Of a DNA stretch of 64,000 nt, positions 19,064 through 29,369 are shown piece after piece. Below the pieces are notes generated by a model. That model saw nothing but the letters and a program-made list of their open reading frames with translations. It did not search any database and was not told where the DNA came from. Each line of letters opens with the position of its first letter. Within the stretch, counting starts at the first letter, position 1. A program made the position numbers and the translations under genes. Origin of the DNA: Patescibacteria group bacterium (GTDB lineage: Bacteria; Patescibacteriota; Patescibacteriia; UBA10025; JAHIVO01); the NCBI GenBank assembly GCA_041650915.1, contig JBAZKE010000001.1, positions 446,136 through 510,135 on the forward strand, read 5' to 3'.

Positions 19064-19744
19064 ATGATCCGCAGTACGATGAGCCAAAAAAACCACTATC
19101 GTCGGGAGCGTGCACGTGCAATGGTGCGCGTTTTAAAGAGGCTGTACCCTAAAGCGGGCATGGCGCTACATTTTGGTGATCACTGGCAACTGCTCGTATC
19201 GGTTGTCTTATCCGCACAGACGACCGATAAGAAAGTAAACGAGGTGACGCAAAAGCTTTTTAAAAAATACCGCACGCTCGAAGATTACGTCCGTGTTGAT
19301 TCGCGTTCGTTCAGCCGCGACATTAAGGAGATCGGATTGTACCGGACCAAAGCAAAAAACATCCTTGCCGCGGCAACGGTGGTACAGCGGCACTATCATG
19401 GCAAGCTCCCAAAAACGATGGAGCAGATGATCGCACTGCCCGGAGTAGGAAGAAAATCAGCGAATGTCATTCTCGGAAATGCATACGGAATTGTCGAGGG
19501 GATTGCCATTGACACGCACGTACGACGGTTCGCAATCCGTTTTGATTTAACGGATAGCACGAATCCCGTTGTGATAGAGAGAGATTTAATGCGGCTGCTC
19601 CCTCGGCGCGAGTGGTTCGGATTTACGTACCGCATAATCGAGTACGGCAGAAACGTTTGTCCTGCGCGGAAACATCCGTGTGAACGGCATCCGCTCACTC
19701 TGCTGTATAAACGTGCAGCAAATCGCTGGTACTCACCCAGATAG
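19064..19744 (+). CDS. nth: endonuclease III (DNA glycosylase/AP lyase)
   Basis: HhH-GPD motif LPGVGRKSANVILGNAYG, catalytic region and a C-terminal Cys-containing segment. The exact start is uncertain. Confidence 0.8.
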   Translation: MIRSTMSQKNHYRRERARAMVRVLKRLYPKAGMALHFGDHWQLLVSVVLSAQTTDKKVNEVTQKLFKKYRTLEDYVRVDSRSFSRDIKEIGLYRTKAKNILAAATVVQRHYHGKLPKTMEQMIALPGVGRKSANVILGNAYGIVEGIAIDTHVRRFAIRFDLTDSTNPVVIERDLMRLLPRREWFGFTYRIIEYGRNVCPARKHPCERHPLTLLYKRAANRWYSPR

Positions 19745-19815
19745 TATGGTTTATATTGATTTTTGCGGCATTTTATGTTACAATATCAGTATTATACATT
19801 GCATGATACCCATCA

Positions 19816-22254
19816 ATGAGGGGGGCGGCAAACAAGAATAGCATTGTAGCTGATTTACTGCTCAGCGTACTGATAAGCGCTGGAGTGATTTTTATCGGGT
19901 ACTGTGCGACCGGTCCCGGCGGCGTTCAGTCCGCCAGTGCCCAGACAGAGCTTATCGTATTTCTACAGCAACCTGCAGCGGGGTCGCAACTTAACGGGCA
20001 GGTCAATTTTGACGTATACTTTTCCGGATCGAACAGCGGGATAATACAGAAGGTCGGGCTCGAAGTCGTCGGCCAGTCACCGGATGCTGATTCGCAGGGG
20101 TTCATGTACATTGTAGATTCTTCGGCTGATCCGGAGTGGCTATGGCACGTCCTTGCTGACACAATGGATTTTGTCAACGGTAATTACCGAATTTTCATTC
20201 ACGCATATGATTATCGGGGATCGGAGCTCAATCTGGTGAGCTCGTCGGGCGGTGAGCCGATTTTTCCGTTCACAGAGCATGCTCCATTCGTTTTCTCCAA
20301 CGACTACGTTATTCTCCATCCCCAAAATAATGCTGAGGTGTCAGGAACAGTACAGCTCCAAGGGAACACATCCGGTGAGGCGTCTGGCGTTGTATTCCAG
20401 ATTTCAAATTCCAGCATGCCTTCGCAGAATTATTCCGTCAGTGCCACTCCTTCTTCTGGGCAACAGCCGGTGTATTGGACTGCCGAATTTGATACTTCTA
20501 TGCTTCCGGCAGCGCAGTATGAATTGCGCATGGATGTCGTGACGCTCAGCGGCATCCAACTGTCGGGCAGAGCTCGTTCTAGTTTTACCGTTGCTGATTC
20601 TGAATATGGGACCTGCCCGCTTCCGTGGCAGTGCACTGATTGGGATCAGTGCACGAATGGCGCACAGACCCGCACCTGTACGGATCCCAATGAGCCTGAC
20701 TGCCTTTCGACAACGACTATGCCCGCAACACAGCAGACCTGCTGCGTGCCACTCTGGGAATGCAGCGGATGGGGCAGCTGCGTCTATAGCGTACAGACCT
20801 GCGTTGAGTATACAGATACGAATCATTGTGGAATCCAGCGGGATGCAGCGCTTCCGCCGCTGACAGCAGCATGCTCGAATGACGTACCAGCCTTACCAGC
20901 ATGCGAGCTGGATTGGGTTTGCAGGGATTCAGTCACGTGCAGTGACGGGAGTGCGATTTGCCGATCGTATGAGGATCCGAACGATCCGGACTGTTTAAGC
21001 ACGGCATCAATGCCGGCGACGCAGAACGCGTGCGCGAGCAGTGATACTGAGCTGCCTGCGGCTTCATGCGCGCTTGATTGGGAATGCACGGAGTGGATTG
21101 AATGCGACGCCGGAACCCGCATATGCGCTGCGTACGCGGATCCGAACGATCCGGACTGCCTCAGCATATCATCACGCCCGGCGACGCAGAGTGCGTGCGA
21201 TGCACCTGCGTTTGTCGAGCCGAAGATTGTCATGGTCGCCCCGGAAGACCAGCAACAGTATACGACGAGGTATATTCCGCTCGAAGCCCGCGTTGAAGAG
21301 GGCAGCGTTGACAGGCTTGGATTCCACTTCGAACGTGAGAATAATGTGCAACGTTTTATCGGCGAGGCGGAACCGTTCCCGACCAATCCGCTGTCCTGGG
21401 CGCTCAACTGGGATACGATAGACGTACCGAACGGGTGGTATAAGGTTTACGCGCGCGGCTATGCTACCATCGACGGCGAACGGCGATACTTCCGGAGCGA
21501 AGAGAGCGTTACAATTGCGATTATGCACCCGGAAGACGATCAGGGTGCAGCAGTACCCGCCGCCCTGCCTGAAGCTCAACTTGAACCACGTGCGGATGCA
21601 TGCAATGATGCAGATGGCGACGGCGTGTGCGATACGATCGAAGTGCAGCTTGGTTACGATCCAAACATTCCCGATCTAACGCCGGAGCAAGCAGAAGAGC
21701 TGCTCGGAACGCTCGAATCCATCACCCCCGATGAAGAGGGGAATTATCGGAAGCAAATTGCATCGATAAAATTTGAACAGCCGACAACGCACGGTATTGC
21801 TGCACCCGAAAAGCTCAAGGTCAGCACGGTCGATAACTTTACCCCGATTATCGGCCGGAATCAGCTCGTTTTCCGGGGTACCGGGCCGCCGAATGCAATG
21901 GTAACTCTGTACATCTACTCGACGCCACTCGTGGTGGAAACACGGACTGATGAGTTTGGCAACTTCACATACACCCTCACCCAGAATATGCCTGACGGTG
22001 AGCACGAGGTTTATGTTACTATTACCGATGATACCGGCAAGGTGGTTGAAAAGAGCAATGCGCTGAAGTTTTTCGTGCGGAGGGCACAGGCGGTGACCGA
22101 AGAAGATTACCTCCGAGGGGATGTTAATGTGGAGACTGAGAGTGAGTCATTAATCAGCAGCTACCTTATCGTAGCGCTCGCTATCGTTGGCGCCGTGCTC
22201 ATCTTCCTGCTCGGATTCTATATCATCGGTAAACGACGGCATACAGTCGCATAA
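19816..22254 (+). CDS. cell-surface protein with repeated Cys-rich modules and a C-terminal TM anchor
   Basis: Signal peptide. 3-4 modules of the form C.LDW.C..W..C...DPN(D/E)PDCLS...PATQ.AC. A DADGDGVCD calcium-binding-like motif. C-terminal TM followed by KRRHTVA. Confidence 0.5.
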   Translation: MRGAANKNSIVADLLLSVLISAGVIFIGYCATGPGGVQSASAQTELIVFLQQPAAGSQLNGQVNFDVYFSGSNSGIIQKVGLEVVGQSPDADSQGFMYIVDSSADPEWLWHVLADTMDFVNGNYRIFIHAYDYRGSELNLVSSSGGEPIFPFTEHAPFVFSNDYVILHPQNNAEVSGTVQLQGNTSGEASGVVFQISNSSMPSQNYSVSATPSSGQQPVYWTAEFDTSMLPAAQYELRMDVVTLSGIQLSGRARSSFTVADSEYGTCPLPWQCTDWDQCTNGAQTRTCTDPNEPDCLSTTTMPATQQTCCVPLWECSGWGSCVYSVQTCVEYTDTNHCGIQRDAALPPLTAACSNDVPALPACELDWVCRDSVTCSDGSAICRSYEDPNDPDCLSTASMPATQNACASSDTELPAASCALDWECTEWIECDAGTRICAAYADPNDPDCLSISSRPATQSACDAPAFVEPKIVMVAPEDQQQYTTRYIPLEARVEEGSVDRLGFHFERENNVQRFIGEAEPFPTNPLSWALNWDTIDVPNGWYKVYARGYATIDGERRYFRSEESVTIAIMHPEDDQGAAVPAALPEAQLEPRADACNDADGDGVCDTIEVQLGYDPNIPDLTPEQAEELLGTLESITPDEEGNYRKQIASIKFEQPTTHGIAAPEKLKVSTVDNFTPIIGRNQLVFRGTGPPNAMVTLYIYSTPLVVETRTDEFGNFTYTLTQNMPDGEHEVYVTITDDTGKVVEKSNALKFFVRRAQAVTEEDYLRGDVNVETESESLISSYLIVALAIVGAVLIFLLGFYIIGKRRHTVA

Positions 22255-23642
22255 TGGAACATACCAAAAACAGTTTTACATTTATTAGGAATAACTTCCA
22301 ATTTATATACGGAGTTGTCCTTATCGTGCTTATACCGGCAGCTCTCGTCGTCAATACAGTCGTGTTTATCAATAGTACTGGCCGCGCCATTGACATTGAA
22401 CTGCAGCGCAAAGCCTCCCTCGCAAACAGCATTGTGAGCGTCGACGTACTTGAAAATTTAGACAATACGGAAGCGCTCCAGTCTATCGTGAGGAGGACTG
22501 TCGCGATGAGCGAGGAAGTCCACAGCCTTGACATTCTTGTTCCTCATGGCAGCGATTTTAAAATTATCGCGAGCATGGATACGGAGCGAATCGGTGAGAT
22601 TTCGAAGTACCACTATAACCGCCTCGCATGGGCAGGCGGGCAACCCATCGCCTATGATACTGATTCGAGCGCGCTTTCGACCGAAGACCAGGGGGAGCGG
22701 AGCGAGGACCATTTTTGGGTCGTGGTGAATCCCGTGACGGATGGGTCGGGCGAGAAGGTCGCGATCGTTTCCATCAAGCTCTCGTCGGGCGTCATGGATG
22801 ACCTGACCCAGCGAAATGTCAACCAATCAATTACGATACTGATCATTTCACTCGTCATCATCATCCTTTTGCTTCTGAACAATACCAAGCTCTTTCAGTA
22901 TGCCGCGCTATTCCGCAAACTCAAGGAGGTTGACAAGATGAAGGATGAATTTATCTCTATGGCTTCGCATGAGCTGCGGGCGCCGATAACCGGCATTCGC
23001 GGGTATTTGCAAATGATACTCGATGGCTCATTCGGCAATTTGCCGGCAGAAGCGAATGGCAAGCTCAAGATGGTGCTTGAAGAAAGCGAACGCCTTCACG
23101 ATCTCGTAGAAGATTTGCTCGAAGTGTCACGAATCCAACAGGGCAGAATTGAGTTGAAGCTCGGTTCGTACGGAATCGGTGCAATCATCGACAGTTCAAA
23201 ACGATCATTTGAGCAGCAAGCAGCGGAAAAAGGGCTCGAGCTCAGGATCATGGTCGCGCCAGGCTTGCCTAACGTGAGCGTTGATGAGAGCAGAATGAAG
23301 CAGGTTCTCGTAAATTTGTTGAGTAACTCGATTAAATATACCCAGCAGGGATCGGTCACGGTTTCAGCGGAGCTCGTTAAAGGCAGGGAAGATACGGTCA
23401 AGCTGAAGGTATCTGATACCGGCATCGGAATGTCAGCCAAAGACCGCGAGCACCTCTTCGAGAAATTTTACCGGGTGCGGAATGAGCAGACGGATAAAAT
23501 CGTCGGTACAGGGCTCGGATTGTGGATCACCCGTGAGATCATCCAGCTCATGCATGGTGAGATATTTGTCGATAGTATTGAAGGTACCGGTACGCAGGTA
23601 ACGGTGCTTTTACCGCCATTCAATAGGCAAAAGAAAAAGTAA
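22254..23642 (+). CDS. sensor histidine kinase
   Basis: H-box MASHELRAPITGIRGY and HATPase_c motifs (SDTGIGM, GTGLGLWITREI). N-terminal TM sensor domain. Confidence 0.8.
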   Translation: MEHTKNSFTFIRNNFQFIYGVVLIVLIPAALVVNTVVFINSTGRAIDIELQRKASLANSIVSVDVLENLDNTEALQSIVRRTVAMSEEVHSLDILVPHGSDFKIIASMDTERIGEISKYHYNRLAWAGGQPIAYDTDSSALSTEDQGERSEDHFWVVVNPVTDGSGEKVAIVSIKLSSGVMDDLTQRNVNQSITILIISLVIIILLLLNNTKLFQYAALFRKLKEVDKMKDEFISMASHELRAPITGIRGYLQMILDGSFGNLPAEANGKLKMVLEESERLHDLVEDLLEVSRIQQGRIELKLGSYGIGAIIDSSKRSFEQQAAEKGLELRIMVAPGLPNVSVDESRMKQVLVNLLSNSIKYTQQGSVTVSAELVKGREDTVKLKVSDTGIGMSAKDREHLFEKFYRVRNEQTDKIVGTGLGLWITREIIQLMHGEIFVDSIEGTGTQVTVLLPPFNRQKKK

Positions 23643-23654
23643 CCATACGCCACT

Positions 23655-24035
23655 ATGCTTAATCGCTATCCGTTTATCCTCCCCATTTTCGTCGTTTGGT
23701 TCGTGGTTTTTTTCATTCCGCTTGCCATGATTTTTTATACGAAATTCGGCCTGCAACGGCACCCGATTTTAAATCGCACATTCAGCATGCGCTGCGTCAG
23801 CATGACGCTGTTTATCTTCATACTTCTGATGCTCATGTCGGGGTTGCTACAGCTCGCCGGCGAACAGAAGGTTATCTTCAGCCGTTCCACCGGATACTGG
23901 CATGCTCTCGTAGGCTTCCTGCTCCTGCTCGCGGCTCTTGACCATATCGTGATACATATCAGGGATATCTATCGCTATATCGTAAAACCAAAACCAAAAA
24001 AGCAGTTTCCAGGCCAATCCGCTCCTACGCAATGA
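23655..24035 (+). CDS. hypothetical membrane protein (4 TM)
   Basis: Hydrophobic 126-aa ORF. ATGA overlap with queH. Confidence 0.4.
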   Translation: MLNRYPFILPIFVVWFVVFFIPLAMIFYTKFGLQRHPILNRTFSMRCVSMTLFIFILLMLMSGLLQLAGEQKVIFSRSTGYWHALVGFLLLLAALDHIVIHIRDIYRYIVKPKPKKQFPGQSAPTQ

Positions 24036-24568
24036 AAAGCAAGCTGCTGCTCCACGTTTGTTGTGCAACGTGTGCTGCGTACGTGCTTGAAACACTATCG
24101 CGGGTTTTTAAGGTTAGCGCATTTTATTACAATCCAAATATCTACCCGCCTGATGAATATCACAAACGCTTTTCTGAAACAGTTGAATACTGCCGGAAGA
24201 GCGGGATTCCTTTCATTGAGGCGCAACCTGACCACGATAGCTGGCTCTTGCTCACGCGAGGGCACGAGGAAGATCCTGAACGCGGGGAGCGCTGCACGAT
24301 CTGCTACCAGATGCGGCTTGAAAAAACTGCCGTATACGCGCGAGAGAATGGTTTTGGGGTATTTGGAACGGACTTATCCATCAGTCCTCATAAGGATGCG
24401 CAGCGGCTGAACAGCATTGGCAGGGAGCTCGAGGTGCAGTACGGGATTCGTTACCTCGAGGCGGATTTTAAAAAACGAGACGGTTTTAAAAAAGCCATGG
24501 AGATCAGCCGGAGTAATAATTTTTACCGGCAGCGCTACTGCGGGTGCGAGTATAGCATGCACGATTGA
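24032..24568 (+). CDS. queH: epoxyqueuosine reductase QueH (DUF208)
   Basis: N-terminal LLLHVCCATCAAYVLE matches the QueH CC..C motif. Length is about 180 aa and there is a C-terminal CGCEYS. Confidence 0.6.
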   Translation: MKSKLLLHVCCATCAAYVLETLSRVFKVSAFYYNPNIYPPDEYHKRFSETVEYCRKSGIPFIEAQPDHDSWLLLTRGHEEDPERGERCTICYQMRLEKTAVYARENGFGVFGTDLSISPHKDAQRLNSIGRELEVQYGIRYLEADFKKRDGFKKAMEISRSNNFYRQRYCGCEYSMHD

Positions 24569-24647
24569 GGTAACGAAAGCGCTGCGAGGATATTAGCAAG
24601 CATGCGGGGTTGTGGTATACTATAAGCATATATTCACATAACGAGCC

Positions 24648-25025
24648 GTGAATAAAAAAACAATCGCAATCATTGGCGCCTCGCGGAATAGAGGCAAGTT
24701 CAGTAATAAGGCAGTCCGTGCATATAAAGATGCTGGCTGGGTTGTGTACCCCGTCAATACGGGCGAGGAAGTCATTGAGGGGGAGGCTGTATACCACGAT
24801 GTTACCGAGGTGCCCGGAAAGCTTGACCGTGTCAGCGTCTATGTCCCTCCAGCTATTGGAATGCAGCTGCTCGATGGCATCGCACAAAAAAATCCCGGGG
24901 AAGTTTGGTTCAATCCTGGCTCAGAAAACGATGAGCTCCTTGATTGGGCGAAGGAGCTCGGATTGAATATCATGATCGGCTGCTCAATCGTGGATATCGG
25001 GTACCAGCCGTCAGCGTACAATTAG
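24648..25025 (+). CDS. CoA-binding domain protein
   Basis: IAIIGASRNRGKFSNKAVRAYKDAGWVVYPVN...VSVYVPP is the pattern of a Rossmann CoA-binding domain. Confidence 0.6.
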   Translation: MNKKTIAIIGASRNRGKFSNKAVRAYKDAGWVVYPVNTGEEVIEGEAVYHDVTEVPGKLDRVSVYVPPAIGMQLLDGIAQKNPGEVWFNPGSENDELLDWAKELGLNIMIGCSIVDIGYQPSAYN

Positions 25026-25036
25026 TCCACCATACT

Positions 25037-25684
25037 ATGAAATTTTTTATAGATACGGCCATTCTCAAAGAAATCGAGTGGGCAGAAGAGCGCGGCATTA
25101 TTGACGGAGTCACCACGAATCCAACGCTCCTCAGCCAGACTGACCGTAAGCTCGGAGAGGTGATCCATGATATCCTGAGGGTTGTTAAAGACCGCCCTGT
25201 TTTTATCGAAGCGGTATCGCAAACGGCAGACGAACTTGTTGCGGAGGGGAAGGAAATCGCTAAGCTCGCCAAGAATGTTGTGGTGACGGTGCCCATGACG
25301 GATGAGGGGATGATGGCAATCCAGCAGCTGGGTGGGCGCGGCATCAAGACAAACGTATCACTCGTATTCACGGCAGTGCAGGCGCTGCTTGCAGCCAGGG
25401 CAGGGGCAACATACGTCAGCATATTTGTCGGGCGGCTTGATGATGCGCGCAAGAACGGCATGGATGTCATCAAAGATACGGTGCACATTTTTAACGCCTA
25501 TAGAGCTCCGACCGAAGTTATTGCTGCATCCCTGCGCCATAGTGAGCACGTTGAAGCTGCTGCACTGGCGGAGGCAGCTTGCGCGGCTATCCCTTTTAAA
25601 GTGCTCGTGCAAATGTACCGCCATGATATGACTGATCGGGGGATAAAAAAATACCTGGAAGATTGGGAAAAGGTACCCAAGTAA
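25037..25684 (+). CDS. transaldolase-family fructose-6-phosphate aldolase (TalC/Fsa-like)
   Basis: Start moved to Met32 (MKFFIDTA...). N-terminal FIDTA...GVTTNPTL. Length is about 215 aa. Confidence 0.75.
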   Translation: MKFFIDTAILKEIEWAEERGIIDGVTTNPTLLSQTDRKLGEVIHDILRVVKDRPVFIEAVSQTADELVAEGKEIAKLAKNVVVTVPMTDEGMMAIQQLGGRGIKTNVSLVFTAVQALLAARAGATYVSIFVGRLDDARKNGMDVIKDTVHIFNAYRAPTEVIAASLRHSEHVEAAALAEAACAAIPFKVLVQMYRHDMTDRGIKKYLEDWEKVPK

Positions 25685-25691
25685 TTTTTCT

Positions 25692-26687
25692 ATGAAGAAA
25701 CTGTACGATGTCATTACGGTAGGTTCGGCGTTTCAGGATGTATACGTGCTCAGCAAGCGTTTCAGGATTGTACGCGACCCGCGGGTGATTACTGGCGAGT
25801 CGCAGTGCTTCGCGTTCGGCACGAAAATTGAGCTCGATGATATCCTCTTTGAGGTCGGCGGCGGTGCGACCAATTCAGCATATACGTTCCGCCGGCAAGG
25901 CCTGCGCGTCGGCTGTATTACGCGAATCGGCGCTGACGGGGCGGGCAAAGAGGTCCAGAGTTTCTTGCGGCATTCGCGTATCGGCGACCACTCCGTCATT
26001 GACAGGGAGAAGCGCACGGCGCACTCAGTCATCTTTCTCGGCACAGGAGGGGAGCGTACGATACTCGTATACCGCGGCGCTTCGCATGCATTTCGGTCGA
26101 GTGATATATTTCTTCCGGTACTTCGGCGAACTTCCTGGCTGTATGTTACTTCGCTCGCCGGCAATACGACCCTTTTTAGGAAGATCGTTACGTATGCCCG
26201 GCGCAACGGCATCCATGTGGCTATCAATCCCGGAAAACTGGAAATTCGTAAATCCAGGGGGATAGTGAATTCTATTTTTCGGACAGCCGATATTGTATTT
26301 CTTAATCGGGAGGAAGCTTCCATAGTGGCGGGCTTGCCGCCAGATGATATGATGCCGCTCCTCAAGAGTCTCGATAGAATGACTCCGGGTATCGTAGTTA
26401 TTACGGACGGGAGCAGAGGATCATATGCTATTTTGAATCATACAATGTACCGTGTTATAATAACTCCAGTAAACGCTGTGGATACTACAGGTGCGGGAGA
26501 TGCCTTTGGGTCAGGTTTTTTAGCAGGATATATTCGTAGCCGTGGAGATATCAAAAAAGCGCTTACCTTAGCCACAAAAAATGCAGCATCGGTCATTAAA
26601 AAGATTGGTGCAAAGCATGGTCTGCTGTCCAGGCACGGTACGGTACCGAATTTACGGATGAGCATTTCCATAGAAACGGTTAAATAG
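25692..26687 (+). CDS. PfkB-family carbohydrate kinase (ribokinase-like)
   Basis: C-terminal VDTTGAGDAFGSGFLAGY anion-hole motif and N-terminal GG motif. Confidence 0.75.
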   Translation: MKKLYDVITVGSAFQDVYVLSKRFRIVRDPRVITGESQCFAFGTKIELDDILFEVGGGATNSAYTFRRQGLRVGCITRIGADGAGKEVQSFLRHSRIGDHSVIDREKRTAHSVIFLGTGGERTILVYRGASHAFRSSDIFLPVLRRTSWLYVTSLAGNTTLFRKIVTYARRNGIHVAINPGKLEIRKSRGIVNSIFRTADIVFLNREEASIVAGLPPDDMMPLLKSLDRMTPGIVVITDGSRGSYAILNHTMYRVIITPVNAVDTTGAGDAFGSGFLAGYIRSRGDIKKALTLATKNAASVIKKIGAKHGLLSRHGTVPNLRMSISIETVK

Positions 26688-26740
26688 CATTTTTCTTAAT
26701 AATTTGATCCTTATTTACCCAAAGGGGAGGTAATACGCTT

Positions 26741-27160
26741 ATGTCAAAAAATGTCACCATTACCCTGGTCGTCGTTATCGTGGTTGTGGTTGTTGGATTA
26801 CTCGGATGGTACTTTCTGAAGGAAGATTCGACAAATAAAAATTCCGGTACTTCGACACAGACGACCAACACGGTTGAGATTATCCATCCGCCTGAGAATA
26901 CGGTATGGATTGTCAATGGCAGCTTTACCCCTGCTGTTTTGACCGTTGAGGTCGGCGAGAAGGTAACCTGGGTGAATAAAGACGAGTATGTCCGCCGCGT
27001 CGCTTCCGATCCTCACCCGACAGGAACCAACCTGCCGGAACTCGAATCGAATGATCTTAACAAAGATGAGAGCTTTTCATTCAGCTTTACCGAGGCAGGC
27101 GAGTGGGGGTACCACGACTACCTCAATCCCGTTAAGCGCGGCAAGATTATTGTCGAATAA
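26741..27160 (+). CDS. secreted cupredoxin-fold-like protein, hypothetical
   Basis: TM/signal, a Thr-rich linker, and a beta-rich C-terminal domain (TVEVGEKVTWVNKD...YHDYLNP). It lacks the Cys of true blue-copper sites. Confidence 0.3.
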   Translation: MSKNVTITLVVVIVVVVVGLLGWYFLKEDSTNKNSGTSTQTTNTVEIIHPPENTVWIVNGSFTPAVLTVEVGEKVTWVNKDEYVRRVASDPHPTGTNLPELESNDLNKDESFSFSFTEAGEWGYHDYLNPVKRGKIIVE

Positions 27161-27223
27161 TTCAATTATCTTATTGAGAAAAGCGGTTAGGGGAGCTTAG
27201 CCGTTTTTTTCATACCGCAGCAT

Positions 27224-28717
27224 ATGGCAACGCTTTTAACAGATTACCGCAAGTACCGCCTCCTCGAAATCCTACCGGGTTTTTTCGTTTGGACGACCTT
27301 CTTATTAGCGGTGGTATTTTCATTTATACAGCCAATTTGGGCAATCTACTTTATAATTGTTTTTGACCTTTTTTGGCTCATCCGGATTGTTTACATGCTC
27401 GTTTTCATGGTTATCTCTTACGTCCGGTACCGCAGGACCGTTAAAGTTGATTGGTTCAATGAAGTGCAGCGGATTCCCAGCTGGGAAAAATATTACCACG
27501 CCGTGTTTATACCCACCTATAAGGAACCGATTGAAGTTCTACGGAGTTCATTCGAGGCGCTCGTGAATAACCGGTACCCCCTCAATAAATTTGTCGTCAT
27601 TCTCGCCGGCGAGGACCGCGATGAAGCAAATTTCAGGATGATTGCATCCAGGCTGGAGAGAGAATATGGGCACCGTTTCCAAAAATTAATCGTAACGCTC
27701 CATCCGAGCGGAACGCATGGCGAGGTGCCGGGAAAGGGGGCTAATATCAACTGGGCAGGCCACCGGGCGAAAGAGTATATTGACGCGCAGGGCTGGCCGT
27801 ACGAAAACGTCATTGTATCCTCGTTTGATTCCGATACCTGCGTCCATCCGCAGTACTTCACCTATTTGACATATACCTACGCACGGCATCCGAATCCGAC
27901 GAGAGCAAGCTACCAACCGATGGCGCTGTTCAACAATAACGTGTGGGAGTCGCCGGCTCTGACGCGCGTCATTTCATACAGCACGACATTCTGGCTTCTG
28001 ACCGAGCAGTCGAGGCCAGACCGGATGTTTACGTTTTCTTCGCACAGCATGAGCTTTAAGGCGCTCGTTGATGTGGATTTCTGGCAGAGCGATATTGTGA
28101 CAGAGGATTCGAGAATCTGCCTCCAGTGCATCATGGAATATGACGGCGATTATGAAGTCGTTCCGCTGCACCTGCCGGTATCGATGGATGTTGTGGTTGG
28201 CAAGTCATTCTGGAAAACCGTCAAGGCACAGTATGTCCAGCAGCGTCGCTGGGCGTACGGCGTTGAGAATTTTCCGTACATGGCCTGGAATTTTTTCAGG
28301 AATAAGAAAATACCTTTCTTTAAAAAGTTTCGCTATACCTTTAACCAGGTTGAGGGCGTATATTCGTGGGCAACGGCGCCGATCCTTATTTTCGTGCTCG
28401 GGTACCTTCCGATGTGGGTTGCGAACTATCGTGGATTCACCTCAATCACCTCTCAGACAACGCCCGAATTGCTCCAGGGCATTATGACCGCGGCGATGGT
28501 TGGCCTTATCATTCAGGCGATACTAAGCACTACGCTCCTGCCTGAACGCCCCCGGAACTATAGGGCTTGGAAGCTTGCCATCATGGTCCTGCAATGGGCG
28601 CTTGTCCCTGTTACGCTTATACTTTTCGGCTCATTTCCCGCGGTTGAAGCGCAGACACGGCTCATGCTCGGAAAATACCTCGGATTCCACGTTACTGAGA
28701 AGGTGAGGAAAAAGTAG
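27224..28717 (+). CDS. family 2 glycosyltransferase, integral membrane (cellulose-synthase-like)
   Basis: Motifs VFIPTYKEP, SSFDSDT and QQRRWAYG (QxxRW), with TM helices on both sides. Confidence 0.6.
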   Translation: MATLLTDYRKYRLLEILPGFFVWTTFLLAVVFSFIQPIWAIYFIIVFDLFWLIRIVYMLVFMVISYVRYRRTVKVDWFNEVQRIPSWEKYYHAVFIPTYKEPIEVLRSSFEALVNNRYPLNKFVVILAGEDRDEANFRMIASRLEREYGHRFQKLIVTLHPSGTHGEVPGKGANINWAGHRAKEYIDAQGWPYENVIVSSFDSDTCVHPQYFTYLTYTYARHPNPTRASYQPMALFNNNVWESPALTRVISYSTTFWLLTEQSRPDRMFTFSSHSMSFKALVDVDFWQSDIVTEDSRICLQCIMEYDGDYEVVPLHLPVSMDVVVGKSFWKTVKAQYVQQRRWAYGVENFPYMAWNFFRNKKIPFFKKFRYTFNQVEGVYSWATAPILIFVLGYLPMWVANYRGFTSITSQTTPELLQGIMTAAMVGLIIQAILSTTLLPERPRNYRAWKLAIMVLQWALVPVTLILFGSFPAVEAQTRLMLGKYLGFHVTEKVRKK

Positions 28718-28724
28718 TACGCAT

Positions 28725-29369
28725 ATGGCGATACTACCATACGATTCATTGAAGAACACCTTGCCGCCGGGAGTAACGCTTGTTGCGGCTACCAAGGGGC
28801 GTTCAGTGGAGGAAATCATCGCAGCAGGTGTCCGGATCGCGGGCGAGAACTACGTCCAGGAAGCGGAGCAAAAAATCAGCCGCATCGGTGACCGGATCTC
28901 GTGGCATATGATTGGGCACCTGCAGAAGAACAAGGTCCGCCGGGCAGTAGAGCTTTTTGATATGGTGCAAACGGTTGATTCATGCCTACTCGCGCGCCAA
29001 ATTGATTCTGCGTGTGAAAGTATTGGCAGGGTCATGCCCATTCTCATCGAGGTAAACAGCGGGCGTGAGCAGCAGAAGTCGGGTGTGCTGCCTGGTGACG
29101 TTGAGCGGCTCGTTAACGATATTATGAAGTTCCCGCACGTCCGCTTGCAGGGGCTCATGACCATGGGGCCGAAGGTAGTCAACGCCGAAGCGTTGAGGCC
29201 GTTCTATAAAGAGATGTGTACGCTTTTTAAGGCAATCGGTAATCGGTTCGGAAGCCAACTCGATTGGAAGCACCTCTCAATGGGCATGAGCGGGTCATAC
29301 AGAGTAGCCATGGCAGAGGGGGCTACCATGGTGCGTATTGGAACGGCACTCTTCGGGGCGAGAGCTTAG
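28725..29369 (+). CDS. YggS-family pyridoxal-phosphate homeostasis protein
   Basis: ATKGRSVEEI...GENYVQEA...WHMIGHLQKNKV and the C-terminal LSMGMSGSY motif. Confidence 0.8.
   Translation: MAILPYDSLKNTLPPGVTLVAATKGRSVEEIIAAGVRIAGENYVQEAEQKISRIGDRISWHMIGHLQKNKVRRAVELFDMVQTVDSCLLARQIDSACESIGRVMPILIEVNSGREQQKSGVLPGDVERLVNDIMKFPHVRLQGLMTMGPKVVNAEALRPFYKEMCTLFKAIGNRFGSQLDWKHLSMGMSGSYRVAMAEGATMVRIGTALFGARA

Noticed and set aside
20404-21579. Multiple antisense or alternate-frame ORFs (140, 194, 135 aa and others) inside 19816..22254
   Set aside because: The GC-rich repetitive sense gene generates long spurious antisense frames. They have no motifs or start context.
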